Assembly: GCA_943788985.1 (NCBI GenBank) | Contig: CALSSJ010000022.1 | Coordinates: 1 to 64,000 of the forward strand | Direction of reading: 5' to 3' | DNA from: an uncultured Lentisphaerales bacterium | GTDB lineage: Bacteria; Verrucomicrobiota; Lentisphaeria; JABSQK01; UBA12247 | Length of the DNA: 64,000 nt | Shown: positions 1-9,946 of the stretch, one piece after another | Layout of the letters: each line of letters begins with the position of its first letter | Position numbering within the stretch: position 1 is the stretch's first letter | Position numbers and translations under genes: made by a program | Notes under the pieces: model-generated | What the model was told of the DNA's origin: nothing | Databases searched by the model: none | Seen by the model: the letters and a program-made list of their open reading frames with translations, nothing else

Positions 1-1689
1 ATGCGGCGTGATCCCTGGCGCAAGCTTTTTGAAAGGGCTCGCATCGCGCAGCCCACCCTTGAGGATCTGCAACGCGCCATCGTGACCACGAATAAGCAGC
101 TGGAAGCCATGCAGATGCGGGTCGAAGAGCAGCTCAGTGAGCTTGCCTCGCTGATTTTCGAGGCGCAGATTCTGATGCTGAAGGATCCCCAATTTATTGG
201 GGACGTGACTCGGCGCATGGAGAACGAAGGGATCGATGCCGTGCAGGCACTCAAAGCCGTGGCCACGCATTATATCGAAATCTTGCAGGACTCCCGAAAT
301 TCCTACATGCGCGAGAAGTCTAAGGACGTCGAGGACCTATCGGTTCGTCTGCTGCACAATCTTGTCGCCGAGCTCGGAGGTGCTGAAGCCGGAGTCGCCG
401 AATCGGTGGTGTTTGCCTCTGACCTCTATCCATCGGACGTTCTTAAGCTGTCCTCCGAGAATGTGGCTGGCGTGGTCTTGACTGCTGGCGGCGTGCTCAG
501 CCACATCGCGATTCTCGCGCGATCGCTCGGTGTCACGATGTTGATCGTGGATCAGCCATCGCTGCTGGATATTCCAGCGCAGACGTCCGTGCTTCTGGAC
601 GGGCGTGCTGGTGCGCTGTACATCAACCCCGTGGCTGAAGTGTCCGAAACGCTCGAGAAGCGTGAGCGGGACCTCCAAGCGATCGAGCAGCACTCACTGG
701 ATCCCGAGACCCGGACCGCAGACGGTGTGCGCGTTAAGCTGCTGGCAAACGTAAATCTGACCTCCGACCTTCGTTCTGACGTGGCGCTTCAGCTCGAAGG
801 CGTCGGCCTATATCGGACCGAATTTCCCTTCCTCGTGCGGGCTAACTTTCCCTCCGAAGAAGAGCAGATTCGCGTCTACAAGAGCCTGCTTGAACCGATG
901 GAAGGCAAACCGGTGACCTTTCGCACACTCGATGTGGGCGGAGATAAGTGCCTTGCCTACCATGACCACGGCTCGGAGCCCAATCCCAACTTGGGAATGC
1001 GCTCCATCCGCTTCTCCTTCCGCCATCCGGAGATTTTTCATCAGCAGATCCGAGCGATTCTGCGGGCTGGCTGCGAAACTGAGAAACTGCGGATCATGTT
1101 TCCCATGATCTCATCACTGGATGAGTTCATTGCCGGTCGCGAAGCCGTACGGGCGTGCATCAAGAGCTTGGAGGATGAGGGGCTTTCCCACCATCCCGCC
1201 CCTGACCTTGGGATCATGGTCGAGATCCCGTCTGTGGTCTGGATCATTGATGAGCTGGCAGAGTGCGTAGATTTTCTGTGCATCGGCACCAATGACTTTG
1301 TCCAATTTATGCTGGCCGTAGATCGCTCCAACGCCATGGTTGCGCCTTACTACATTCCCCATCATCCTGCCGTGCTGCGCGCACTCAAGCTCATCGCAGA
1401 TGCTGGCATCAAGCATGGTAAGGAAGTCTCCATCTGCGGTGAACTTGCCCATGAGATTGAGTACATTCCCTTCCTGATCGGGATTGGTATTCACACTCTC
1501 AGCGTGGACCCACGCTTTGCCGTACGTTCTCAGCAGTTTGTTCAGACCCTGCGAGTGAACGAAGCGCGCGACTTGGCTGAACGCGCGCTCTGTGTCGGAA
1601 CCGTGCGTGAAGTCGAAGAAGTGCTCGGCGTGACCGCCACGACCACGCACCCGATTCAAGGCCTATATTCGCCAGAAACCGGCCAATAG
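1..1689 (+). CDS. ptsP: Phosphoenolpyruvate-protein phosphotransferase (PTS enzyme I, PtsP/PtsI), probably 5'-truncated by the window edge
   Basis: Phospho-His motif SHIAILARSLG, plus GVGLYRTEF, FRTLDVGGDK, EPNPNLGMRSIR, IMVEIPS, IGTNDFVQ and SICGELA. Confidence 0.93.
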   Translation: MRRDPWRKLFERARIAQPTLEDLQRAIVTTNKQLEAMQMRVEEQLSELASLIFEAQILMLKDPQFIGDVTRRMENEGIDAVQALKAVATHYIEILQDSRNSYMREKSKDVEDLSVRLLHNLVAELGGAEAGVAESVVFASDLYPSDVLKLSSENVAGVVLTAGGVLSHIAILARSLGVTMLIVDQPSLLDIPAQTSVLLDGRAGALYINPVAEVSETLEKRERDLQAIEQHSLDPETRTADGVRVKLLANVNLTSDLRSDVALQLEGVGLYRTEFPFLVRANFPSEEEQIRVYKSLLEPMEGKPVTFRTLDVGGDKCLAYHDHGSEPNPNLGMRSIRFSFRHPEIFHQQIRAILRAGCETEKLRIMFPMISSLDEFIAGREAVRACIKSLEDEGLSHHPAPDLGIMVEIPSVVWIIDELAECVDFLCIGTNDFVQFMLAVDRSNAMVAPYYIPHHPAVLRALKLIADAGIKHGKEVSICGELAHEIEYIPFLIGIGIHTLSVDPRFAVRSQQFVQTLRVNEARDLAERALCVGTVREVEEVLGVTATTTHPIQGLYSPETGQ

Positions 1690-1809
1690 CGGCGTCCGAT
1701 AGGGCTACTGGTACTCGTATGGCGCAACTCTATTTGCGCCCGTTTGGCTTACGGGGGTGCTTCGCGCCCGCACCAGCAAACGCAGGAGCATGTCCTGCAA
1801 GCCCAATAA

Positions 1810-1845
1810 CGCCCGGAGTTGCGCTCTACGCCAAAACTCCGGGCG
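1810..1845. terminator. Hairpin between convergent ptsP and AraC genes
   Basis: Perfect 11-bp inverted repeat CGCCCGGAGTT (1810-1820) / AACTCCGGGCG (1835-1845); no clear U-tract. Confidence 0.5.
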
Positions 1846-1903
1846 CAAACGGAGTTGCCATACGCTGTCTACGGACCCGGCCAAGCCAAGCCGCTGCTCG
1901 GTG

Positions 1904-2782
1904 TCAGAATGATCTCAGAGGCATTGAGGCGCTGGCGCGAAAGGCACTGGGGGTGACGCCAATGACTTGCTTGAACAGCCGCGAGAAATGAGAGCCTGGC
2001 TCACAGCCGACGGCCAGCGCAACCTCCGCGATGCTGAAATCGGTGTTTTTTAGTGTCTCGCAGGCACGATGCATCTTGCTCTGACGAATGCATTGATAGG
2101 GCGTGCGGCCCAATTCAGCGCGACACACACGACTCAGGTGCTCTTGGGAGACCGCCAGTTCATTCGCCAGCATCGTGGCATTGAAGGGGAGCTGCATATT
2201 GGCCTCAATGGCTTGCAAGGCAAGCCTGACCAGACGCAGTCGAGCGTTCAGATGAGGTGCCTGTGGCTGATCGGCTAGCATGGCAATAATGGCGCTGACA
2301 AAAAGATGGCCGGCTCCAGCCTTTAGCTCAATGGTCAGCTCCGGAGTGCGGGCATGGGCGAGCAGCCGTTGAATTTGAACTTCTTCCTGGTCGACGTCAA
2401 AGACGAACCCCAGGCTGCTATTGAGAGCGGCGGTAATCCCGGCGTCATCACGATAGCTAACAAACAAGAAACGCCATGGCTCGACCGCATCGGCCGGATA
2501 GGAATAGGAAAGGCGCTCGTCTGCCACACAGCAGCAGAATCCCTTGCCTGGTGGCACCATGTGCTGCTTCCCGTCCACCGCCAATACCCCGCAACCGGAC
2601 AGCGTGTACTGAAACACCGCCATGCCAGACTCGCCAAGCCGATCGCTCCCTGCGTGGTGGTATCTGCGCGAAGAGACTTCTGAAACCACAATAGAGTCGG
2701 GTCGAAGCAATCCAGGAATAGGACGCAGGACCAGCAATTGCTTCTGCCATTCGCGACTCTCAATCTGCATAATTGGCACCAA
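1904..2782 (-). CDS. AraC family transcriptional regulator
   Basis: N-terminal cupin-like ligand domain (FQYTLSGCG...) and C-terminal double HTH (VSQEHLSRVCR...SIAEVALAVGCEPGSHFSRLFKQVIGVTPSAFR); divergent from the GH4 gene. Confidence 0.92.
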   Translation of the reverse strand: MVPIMQIESREWQKQLLVLRPIPGLLRPDSIVVSEVSSRRYHHAGSDRLGESGMAVFQYTLSGCGVLAVDGKQHMVPPGKGFCCCVADERLSYSYPADAVEPWRFLFVSYRDDAGITAALNSSLGFVFDVDQEEVQIQRLLAHARTPELTIELKAGAGHLFVSAIIAMLADQPQAPHLNARLRLVRLALQAIEANMQLPFNATMLANELAVSQEHLSRVCRAELGRTPYQCIRQSKMHRACETLKNTDFSIAEVALAVGCEPGSHFSRLFKQVIGVTPSAFRASASMPLRSF

Positions 2783-2893
2783 AATATCAAGTATTGGACT
2801 TTTGAATCAAAGGGGAAAGGCAGTATATTCACCGAATCTGAATAAAAAAGTCAACTTTTGTGTATCTGCAACCAAAGCAAGGAGGCCCTTCCC

Positions 2894-4292
2894 ATGGCTA
2901 AAGTCGTAATAATCGGTGGTGGTAGCCTAGTGTTCGCTGGGGGATTGACCCGCGATATTCTGTCGTACGAGGCCACCCAGGATGCAACCTTCACGTATGT
3001 GGACATTGATCCGAGGCGGCTGGAGCTCGGCGTGCAATATGCGCAGCGAACCATCAACGAAGGCGGCTACAGCGGTGCCTCGGTATCAGGCACGCTGAAT
3101 CGGCGCGAGGCACTCGAGGGGGCCGACTACATCATCGTTAGTATTCTCGTCGGCGGTTTTGAAGCGATCAAGGCTGAGATCGATATTCCGCTGAAGTACG
3201 GCATCAACCAGTGCATTGGCGATACATTGACCCCGGGGGGAATTATGCGCTGCTTGCGCACGCTTCCCGAGCTGCTGGACATGGGCCGAGACATCCAAGA
3301 AATCTGCCCTCGGGCCGTGGTCCTGAACTACACGAACCCGATGTCTATGTTGTCCTGGGGATTTCAAGATGCCTATCCGGAACTGCAATACGTGGGGCTT
3401 TGCCATTCTGTGCAGGGCACGGCAGGGGAGTGGACACGTCGCTTGGGGCTTGAGGAAGGCGCTGTGAATTACACCTGCGCCGGGATTAACCACCAAGCCT
3501 GGATGTTGCGCTTTGAGGCCGACCGGGTCGATCAACTGCCGAGAATTCGCGAATTGGCAGTGGACCCGAAGATCTGGTCTGGCGACACCACGCGGATGGA
3601 GTACGTCAAGCATTTTGGTCACCCCGTCACTGAGTCCAGTGGCCATGTCAGTGAATACAACTGGTGGTTCCGCAAGAACGACCAAACGATCGGACGCTAT
3701 TGCGACTCTGAAGGTGCTGCTTGGAATGGCCGTCCGGGCTTCATCAAAGAGCTGTACGATCGGCCGGACTGGGAAGAGCGCATGGAGAAGCGCGTGTCCG
3801 ACCCCGAGCCGCTCAAGCTCGAGCGCGGTCTGGAATACGGCTCCCGGATCATCAATGCCATTGAAACCGGCAATGGCGAGCTCATCCACGGTAACCTCAA
3901 AAATCATGGGTTGATTGACAACTTGCCTGCCGAGGCGATCGTCGAAGTGCCCATCCATGTGGACAAGAACGGGATGCAGCCGATTCGCATTGGCGCGTTA
4001 CCCCCGCACCTGGCAGCCATCAATAGCGCCCAGATCGCGGTTCAGGAACTGGCCGTGCGGGCCGTGCAGGAAAAGGATCCAGAACGGGTGTTTCAAGCGA
4101 TGGCGATGGACCCGCTCTGCGCCATGTCCTGTACCTTGGATGAAATCAGAGCCATGACCCCGCGAACTTATGGCAGCCCACCGCCAATACATTCCGATTC
4201 TTGACGGCAAAGAGCTCGCCGACAAGAAGGTCATGTATACCCACAAGCAGCAGGACAAAGAGAAGCACATCGATCCCGGCATGGAAGAGTAG
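2894..4292 (+). CDS. melA: GH4 family alpha-galactosidase/alpha-glucosidase (MelA-like, NAD+/Mn2+-dependent); one +1 frameshift near 4157-4161
   Basis: RBS AAGGAGG at 2879-2885; IIGGGS NAD-binding motif, QCIGDTLTPGG, NYTNP, GLCHSV, AGINHQAW, TESSGHVSEY. Removing one C from ACCCC restores MTRELMAAHRQYIP...GMEE* ending at 4292. Confidence 0.88.
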
Positions 4293-4319
4293 CAGCCAGG
4301 TTGCTCTGGGGGGCTGACG

Positions 4320-4342
4320 GTAGCTTGGCTCTCCGAGCCGAG
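4320..4342 (+). repeat. GTAG-type REP-like palindrome
   Basis: GTAG-CTTGGCTC-TCC-GAGCCGAG in intergenic DNA. Confidence 0.4.
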
Positions 4343-4566
4343 TTGCGCTTTGAGACGGGGCTCCGTGCTCGTCGCGCATGGAGAGTACCACGCCAACTCC
4401 TGCTGCGTCCCACTCCGCACGGACCCTAATCAACGGGCGCTAGAGGGCTTCCAGCTGTTTTCATCCTGTCCACCCTGTGATCCTGTGTCAAAACTCTTCC
4501 CTTTCGTGAGCCAATGTCCGCCTCCATCGGACCCGTCTCTATGGGCGTCACTCCTTGATTGTCACG

Positions 4567-4589
4567 ACGGGCACAGAGACCCGTTCTAC
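4567..4589 (-). repeat. GTAG-type REP-like palindrome
   Basis: Minus strand reads GTAGAACGGGTCTCTGTGCCCGT (stem ACGGGT/GCCCGT). Confidence 0.4.
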
Positions 4590-4719
4590 TGAGGGCAAGT
4601 TGGTGGAGTAAGTGGCGCTAAGCGCCTAACCTCGGCTTCCGCGCGTGCAGGCGGCGGAACCCGCGCGGACGCGTACGTTTTCAGGGTCCATGAACGTGCA
4701 GGAAGTCCCGTTAACGCAC

Positions 4720-5688
4720 ATGCTCGTATCCATCATCATCCCTGTCTATAACGAGGTCGAGAACCTTAACCCGCTTTACGATCGAATCGTAGAAGCGCTG
4801 GCGGAGTGTGATTTCGAGTTTGAAGTTCTGCTGGCTGATGACGGTTCGACAGATGGCTCCGATGGCGTGCTCAAAGACCTAGCGCTACGCGACCCGCGAT
4901 TCAAAGTCATCGAATTTCGTCGCAACTATGGGCAGACTGCTGCCATGATGGCCGCGATCGACTACTCGTCCGGTGAGATTATCGTGGGACTGGATGCTGA
5001 CTTGCAGAATGATCCAACGGATATTCCGAGGCTGGTGGAAGCTCTGGGCGATGACTTTGACGTCTGTTCTGGCTGGCGTGCCGATCGCCAGGATAAGGCG
5101 CTAACGCGGAAGCTTCCCAGCTTCTTGGCGAATCGGCTGATCAGCCGGATGACCGGAGTGCGATTGCATGACTATGGCTGCACGCTGAAGGCCTATCGCC
5201 GCGAATCGCTCGAAGGCGTGCGTCTCTACGGGGAAATGCATCGCTTTATCCCGATCTGCGCGAGTTGGCGCGGTGCGCGCGTGACTGAACTGAAGGTGAA
5301 CCACCACGCCCGTGAGCGTGGAGAGTCCAAGTACGGCCTTGGACGGACCATTAAGGTGGTTTTGGATCTGATCGTGATCACCGCCTATCTGACGCTGCTG
5401 AACAAGCCAGGCTACATTTTTGGCGGCTTTGGCCTGCTGAACTTGTGCGGGGCGGGTGTGGGATTGGTGACCATGGTTTCGCTGAAGGTCTGGGGCGATA
5501 AGTCGTTTATCGACACGCCGTTGCCGTCCGTGGTGGTGATGTTTTCGCTGGTCGGCGTGATGTCGATCCTGATGGGCTTTCTGGCGGAGATCATGATGCG
5601 CACGTACTACGAGTCACAGGGGCGCACCGTCTATGCCGTGCGGACCACGAGAAACCTCCCGGAGGAGGACTCAAGCTCAAAGGATTGA
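4720..5688 (+). CDS. GT2 glycosyltransferase, polyprenol-phosphate type (ArnC/DPM1-like), with two C-terminal TM helices
   Basis: SIIIPVYNE, DDGSTDGS, RNYGQTAA, DADLQNDP, HDYGCTLKAYR, GEMHRFIP. Confidence 0.92.
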   Translation: MLVSIIIPVYNEVENLNPLYDRIVEALAECDFEFEVLLADDGSTDGSDGVLKDLALRDPRFKVIEFRRNYGQTAAMMAAIDYSSGEIIVGLDADLQNDPTDIPRLVEALGDDFDVCSGWRADRQDKALTRKLPSFLANRLISRMTGVRLHDYGCTLKAYRRESLEGVRLYGEMHRFIPICASWRGARVTELKVNHHARERGESKYGLGRTIKVVLDLIVITAYLTLLNKPGYIFGGFGLLNLCGAGVGLVTMVSLKVWGDKSFIDTPLPSVVVMFSLVGVMSILMGFLAEIMMRTYYESQGRTVYAVRTTRNLPEEDSSSKD

Positions 5689-5771
5689 TGGAACCAGAGT
5701 TGCATCCGAGAATCATACGGAGTGCAATTGCGTAACCCACAGAATTTCTCAGATTCACAGGAGCTGAATTC

Positions 5772-7238
5772 ATGCACACCCGGTCTTTATCTTCAGTTGG
5801 CCGGCTGACAACCACAGCCGCTTTACTTCTCATTTTTGCCGTCTCTCTCCAAGCAAGGGACTGGTGGCCGTTCGGAAAAGAGAAGAATAAGGACATCCAT
5901 GTGGTCATCGATGACACGCCACTCAGGCCCGATGTCCAGAAGGCAACCAGTTTTGCCGATGTGGTCGACGGCGCGTCGGCCAGCGTCGTAAACGTGGTTT
6001 CTAGTATCGAGAAGCCCCCACAACTCGAATTTAATGGCGACCCGTTCTCTCGCTTCTTCGGGAACCGCGCGCAGCGACCGCGGGCCGAGCGCCCCGGCGT
6101 CGGCAGCGGCGTGATTATCGCCGAGAAGGGCTATGTGATCACGAACGCGCACGTCGTCGAGTCCGCCACTAGCCTCAAGGTCGTGCTGCCAGGCGGGAGA
6201 AAGGAGTATACTGCGGAGTTGGTCGGCGCCGATAGTAAGAGCGACATCGCCGTGCTGAAGATCGAAGGCGACCATTTCCCCGCGATCACGCTCGGCGACA
6301 GCGAGCTTCTGCGCGTGGGCGACACGGTTCTGGCCATCGGCAACCCTTTTGGCGTTGGCCAGACGGTGACCCGCGGGATTGTCAGCGCCACGGGGCGCGG
6401 CATCGGCATCAACGATTACGAGGATTTTATTCAAACTGATGCCAGCATCAATCCCGGAAACTCCGGCGGCGCGCTGGTCGATGCCCAGGGCCGGCTGGTT
6501 GGCATCAATACCGCCATTCTCAGTCGCTCCGGCGGCAACCAGGGTCTAGGCTTTGCCGTGCCGATCAACATGGCACGCAATATTGTGCAACAGCTCATGC
6601 AGCACGGGAGTGTATCGCGCGGTTTTCTTGGCGTGAGCATCCAGGACATTGCCCCTGAGATGGCCCAATACTTTGGGATCGCGGAAGGGAAGGGGGTGCT
6701 CGTCACTGAGGTGACCGTGGACAGCGCTGCGGATGTCGCAGGGATTGAGCCGGAAGATGTGATCCTGGAGCTCAATGATCGTCTCGTTGAGAGTGCCCGT
6801 GATCTCCGCTTGCTAGTCGCAGGCACCTTGCCTGGCACTCAAATTTCGCTCAAGGTGCTTCGTGATGGCAAGGAGCAGACGCTTACTGCTGAGTTGAAAA
6901 TTCTGCCTGGCTCGACGTTGGCCACCGTTCACCAGTCGGATGAGAGTGACACGCGCAGTGTGCTGCGCGGCGTCGCAGTCGAGGACCTCACCATGCGCCT
7001 AGCCCGTGAGCATGGGATCGATCCTGATGTCCGTGGTGCGTTTGTCGTGGAGGTCGCGGCCGGCTGCCCTGCCTCCCGCTCGCACCTCGGCGTCGGCGAC
7101 GTCATCCTCCAGATCAATCGCACGCCAGTGAACACCGCCGATGAGGCTATCGCTGCCAGTCGCGCGATTAAAGGACACTCTGCCATGCTGAAAGTACTCA
7201 GTCGAGGCGGCACGTTCTTCGCCGTGATCAGCGAATAA
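5772..7238 (+). CDS. degP: Do/DegP/HtrA family periplasmic serine protease with two PDZ domains
   Basis: Signal peptide; triad motifs TNAHVV, SDIAVLKI and INPGNSGG; PDZ start RGFLGVSIQ. Confidence 0.93.
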   Translation: MHTRSLSSVGRLTTTAALLLIFAVSLQARDWWPFGKEKNKDIHVVIDDTPLRPDVQKATSFADVVDGASASVVNVVSSIEKPPQLEFNGDPFSRFFGNRAQRPRAERPGVGSGVIIAEKGYVITNAHVVESATSLKVVLPGGRKEYTAELVGADSKSDIAVLKIEGDHFPAITLGDSELLRVGDTVLAIGNPFGVGQTVTRGIVSATGRGIGINDYEDFIQTDASINPGNSGGALVDAQGRLVGINTAILSRSGGNQGLGFAVPINMARNIVQQLMQHGSVSRGFLGVSIQDIAPEMAQYFGIAEGKGVLVTEVTVDSAADVAGIEPEDVILELNDRLVESARDLRLLVAGTLPGTQISLKVLRDGKEQTLTAELKILPGSTLATVHQSDESDTRSVLRGVAVEDLTMRLAREHGIDPDVRGAFVVEVAAGCPASRSHLGVGDVILQINRTPVNTADEAIAASRAIKGHSAMLKVLSRGGTFFAVISE

Positions 7239-7792
7239 TGGCGGTTCGACTCACACGCATTTACACCCGGACAGGCGATGCCGGGAGCACCCGACTCGGA
7301 GACGGCTCGGAGCGTACCAAGTACGACACTCGGATCCAGCTGCTGGGCGAGTTGGACGAGCTGAACGCGTGCCTAGGGCTGATCCTTGCGGAGCTCGCAG
7401 ATTGCGAAGTTCGCAAGATCCTGACTTCGGTCACGAACCAGCTTTTTGATGTCGGGGCAGACGCCTGCAGTCCAGGACTGGACGGCAAGCGGATAGCGGA
7501 CACGTACGTAACCTGGCTGGAGCAGCGGCTGGATGAGCTGAACGAGAGTCTGCCTCCATTGGAGAGCTTTGTCCTTCCTGGTGGCAACCGCAGCGGTGCT
7601 GCCTGTCACCTTGCCCGGTCCGTGTGCCGCCGCGCCGAACGGGCTGCGGTGTGTTGCGCCGGCGAAGAGCAGTTGAACCCAGAGCTACTGCGCTACCTGA
7701 ATCGGCTCGCTGATCTGCTGTTCGTCTGCGCTCGCACGATCAACGGTGTCGAGCACGAAGTCACTTGGGAGCCAGGGGCCGCGCTGTCTTAG
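7238..7792 (+). CDS. pduO: ATP:cob(I)alamin adenosyltransferase, PduO type
   Basis: IYTRTGDAG, GELDELNA, FVLPGG, HLARSVCRRAER, YLNRLADLLF. Confidence 0.93.
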   Translation: MAVRLTRIYTRTGDAGSTRLGDGSERTKYDTRIQLLGELDELNACLGLILAELADCEVRKILTSVTNQLFDVGADACSPGLDGKRIADTYVTWLEQRLDELNESLPPLESFVLPGGNRSGAACHLARSVCRRAERAAVCCAGEEQLNPELLRYLNRLADLLFVCARTINGVEHEVTWEPGAALS

Positions 7793-7804
7793 TCAGAAAA
7801 AAGA

Positions 7805-7931
7805 GAATGTCCAACAGCCAACAGCCGGAGGCAGGCGAAGCGAACGAATGTCCAATTGCCAAATGAAGACAGTGGAGCACACACTCTCATTGCTTGGACA
7901 TTGGAAATTCCATATTGGCTGTTGGATATTC
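7805..7931. repeat. ~127-bp nested inverted-repeat element between convergent genes
   Basis: GAATGTCCAACAGCCAA (7805-7821) pairs 16/17 with TTGGCTGTTGGATATTC (7915-7931); inner GAATGTCCAA / TTGGACATT arms. Confidence 0.65.
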
Positions 7932-8934
7932 AGAACCCAGGGACCTCGATCAGGCACATGACGGACAATAACGCCACGAGCGACAGGTAGCTGACGACAA
8001 TCTTCGGGTCTGGCTCATCCGGAACTTTAGTGCTGAAGCAGCGGCTAAAAGCAACCAGCGCCAATAAAATCAGCAGCCCTTCCTGAGTCACCAGCCAGGC
8101 AATGGCCAGCCCAGCTGTCGCAAGCCAGCGCTGTGGCCGGGTCATCCCATTGAAGCCGCGGCCACCGTCCAGCTGCCAAAATGGCAAGAGATTAAACAGA
8201 TTGATCCAAGCACCCACCCGGGCAATGGCCGCCCAGCTCGGCCAGTCAGTCCCTAAAAACACCACATACGCAATCAGCGCGGCAGCTAGTCCCCAAATCG
8301 GCCCTGCCAGACCCGTAATCGCATCTTCGCGGGTGGTCTTGGGCGGATGCTTGAGCCGAATGACCGCGCCCAGGCCCGGGATGAACATGGGCGCGGTGGC
8401 CGGCACGCCGAAGCGTCGTAGTGCCGCGACGTGCCCCATCTCGTGGATGTAGATCGAAATCACCAGGCCAGCGGCAAACTTCCAGCCCCAGGCCGCCCAA
8501 TACACGCCGAACGACAGCAACATCGAGAACGCCGTACTGGCCTTGCCCAGGCCAAGCAGCAGCAGTTTTAACTTCGTGGCGATGAACACCAGCACAAACT
8601 TAAGCTTCCAGGCAAGCAGGCCGATGGCGCTGAGGCCCATGGCCTTCTTCTTCCAATCACTGGCTTTTGCGGACTCGGCACTCTTGTGCTGGCTCTGGAG
8701 AGCGTCGATGCGCGCTGTGATGGTCTGGCGCTGTCGCGAACCATGTGGAATCAGTTCGAGGCATTCCTGCCAGCTATGGATGGCGTCTAGATGCACGCCA
8801 GCGCTCGCCTGCTCTTGGGCTCGTGCTGCCAGAGCGCGCAAAGTATCGGCGTGAACCAGTGAGTGGCAGGCCTGACAGGCCAGAGCCTTGGGCGGAAGCG
8901 GCTGTTGGCAAGCCGCGCAGCTTGCGTCAGGCAC
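7930..8934 (-). CDS. Site-2 protease (M50) with N-terminal zinc ribbon and helical segment
   Basis: HEMGH zinc motif, GLAGP, NLLPFWQLDGG; N-terminal CAAC...CQAC. Confidence 0.9.
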   Translation of the reverse strand: MPDASCAACQQPLPPKALACQACHSLVHADTLRALAARAQEQASAGVHLDAIHSWQECLELIPHGSRQRQTITARIDALQSQHKSAESAKASDWKKKAMGLSAIGLLAWKLKFVLVFIATKLKLLLLGLGKASTAFSMLLSFGVYWAAWGWKFAAGLVISIYIHEMGHVAALRRFGVPATAPMFIPGLGAVIRLKHPPKTTREDAITGLAGPIWGLAAALIAYVVFLGTDWPSWAAIARVGAWINLFNLLPFWQLDGGRGFNGMTRPQRWLATAGLAIAWLVTQEGLLILLALVAFSRCFSTKVPDEPDPKIVVSYLSLVALLSVMCLIEVPGF

Positions 8935-9688
8935 CGTTACCTTCGGCCGAGTACGGCCCCTCGAAAGCGTATTCCCGCTTGCGGTTCATCGACCAGGCCT
9001 GGTAGAGCGCAAAGCAGATGATTAGAATTCCGATGATATTCCCCAGGCCCCTGAGTACCGGGGCGACAAAGGCGAAGGCAAAGGCCATGATCAACATGAC
9101 GAGGTTCTGGAGGCCACTCAAGGCCACCGGAGGCATCGGGTCTGCTGCGTCGGCCACTTCTGCGTCCGCGACTTGCTCACCCTCTTCAGGCTCGTCTCCA
9201 GTTGCTGGCATTGCCGCCTGTTCCCCGTCTGGGCCCTCGCTCACGCCTGCCATCATTGGCTTGAGTTCTTTCAGGATCAGCGGCACGTGGGTGGTGACGA
9301 TGGCACTGTAGGTGAGTGCCACGGCGAGAAGTTGGTAGACCCAGCCCCCGCGACCGCCGCTGCCCGTGGCCACGCCCAGCCCCACTAGGAAGCCGACCGC
9401 GATCGCGATTAGGCCGATCTCGTAACCGGTCAGCGCGAGCACGGCGTAATAGATGCCGGACCCGATCGCTCCGGCGATGAAACCAAAGATCAGGGCTTTG
9501 ATAAACCGAAAAAATCCACTCGAAGTCTGGAATGCATTGGCGCAGGTATCGCACCACGCTTCGCTGTTGCAGAGATAGTACGTATCCCGAACCGGTTCCT
9601 GGCAATGCCCGCAGTCTGACGGCATGGTGGCCTGCGGCTCATGAAACTCGGCTTGGTCAAACTGTAAATCATCTGTGTGATCGTTCAC
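8927..9688 (-). CDS. Hypothetical membrane protein with N-terminal Cys4 zinc finger
   Basis: CGHC...CDTC, about 5 hydrophobic segments and an acidic loop; GTG start with GAGG RBS; overlaps the S2P start. Confidence 0.75.
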   Translation of the reverse strand: MNDHTDDLQFDQAEFHEPQATMPSDCGHCQEPVRDTYYLCNSEAWCDTCANAFQTSSGFFRFIKALIFGFIAGAIGSGIYYAVLALTGYEIGLIAIAVGFLVGLGVATGSGGRGGWVYQLLAVALTYSAIVTTHVPLILKELKPMMAGVSEGPDGEQAAMPATGDEPEEGEQVADAEVADAADPMPPVALSGLQNLVMLIMAFAFAFVAPVLRGLGNIIGILIICFALYQAWSMNRKREYAFEGPYSAEGNGA

Positions 9689-9946
9689 GGTAGCCTCTTC
9701 TCTCTCGTGGTTGTTGGCGCCCACACTACAGGTAAAGAGAGGCCGTGCAAAACGTTTCTGGGACTCGATCTGTCAGGCAGGGAAAATGAAGCATTGTCGG
9801 CCGGCGTGTAGCACAAGTTCCACCTGACACGTAGTGCGCCGCGTATGTGGTGTATATTGCTTGCACACCTTTGGCCTGATCCACGCTCGCGGCGAGATCG
9901 CATGAATGAGTCAGGTAGGCACTGAAAACGTTAGCTGGAGTAGTCC

